DNA of 63,179 nucleotides, filler included, from Octopus bimaculoides (taxonomy: Eukaryota): NCBI RefSeq assembly GCF_001194135.2. It is 9 parts of 6 records of this genome, joined end to end, with 100 filler letters (N's around TTAATTAATTAA, not from the genome) between each part and the next. Parts side by side here need not be neighbours in the genome. Positions count along the whole stretch, not along the records: positions 60,823 to 63,179 come from NW_026437542.1; 8 more parts are not named here. One strand, written 5' to 3'. Below the pieces are notes generated by a model, which had not been told where the DNA came from, made no database searches, and saw only the letters and a program-made list of their open reading frames with translations. Shown piece after piece: positions 62,747 to 63,179 of this stretch (positions are counted from its first letter, which is position 1; the number at the start of each line of letters is the position of its first letter). The position numbers and the translations under genes are program-made.

Positions 62747-62845
62747 TGCATACTTTATTCCTACATATGTTTCAAAGGATCACAACCTATGTGATCCATA
62801 GGGATCTGTGATGTTAAAATTGTAACCTTCTCTTCAGGGAATGCA
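62747..62845 (-). ncRNA. Type I hammerhead ribozyme motif with extended stem II
   Basis: Minus: ATTCC CTGAAGA GAAGG...CCTTT GAAAC ATAT GTA GGAAT. Intact core, 5-bp stem I, palindromic ACATATGT helix III, predicted cut between 62762 and 62761. Confidence 0.8.
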
Positions 62846-62909
62846 TGGCAATCATCTTAAACGTAAGACATTATGTAAGACAAATGTGTTCATACATACA
62901 TATATACAC

Positions 62910-63004
<95 letters not shown>

Positions 63005-63179
63005 CACACATACACGCATACATACATATATACACACACATACAGATATATGTACACACATACAAAACCTAATCACACATACATATGTATTTATACAAAT
63101 ACATACACACACCCACACAAGTATACATATGTACATGCATACACACACACACACACACACACACACGCATATATATATA

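Overview
Eukaryotic draft-scaffold DNA: AT-rich, microsatellite-saturated, with many N gaps and TTAATTAATTAA scaffold-join spacers. The repeat repertoire suggests a coleoid cephalopod such as Octopus (inference from memory, not a database hit). One host gene is well supported: the first three coding exons of a secreted M14 metallocarboxypeptidase (A/B-type) on the minus strand (7066-7005, 4707-4626, 3898-3762). They splice in frame with canonical GT-AG sites to MKVLIAFLFCLSLAES-FNYTNYHLLKVKPQTSKGLDFLKNLEANHPFDYDFWIPPSKLRKNAEVLMPESAYNTIKGHLKKSGVKVTILSKNIQ. None of the three exons appears in the supplied ORF track. The rest is a graveyard of decayed mobile elements: Penelope-like RT, RTE LINEs (one with three intact C2H2 fingers), R4/Dong-like and Hero-like RLE retroelements sitting in microsatellites, mariner relics, Helitron 5' and 3' pieces, a pogo-type MITE and several tRNA-derived SINE families. 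The most interesting signal is a recurrent class of short, microsatellite-flanked modules carrying minimal type I hammerhead-ribozyme motifs with palindromic helix III. In three unrelated sequence families (51376-51630, 54943-55539, 55961-56559) the motif sits in both arms of an inverted repeat, pointing outward. Further solo copies are at 2366, 21662, 53816, 53982 and 62747. All structures and percent identities were derived by hand and need computational and biochemical confirmation.
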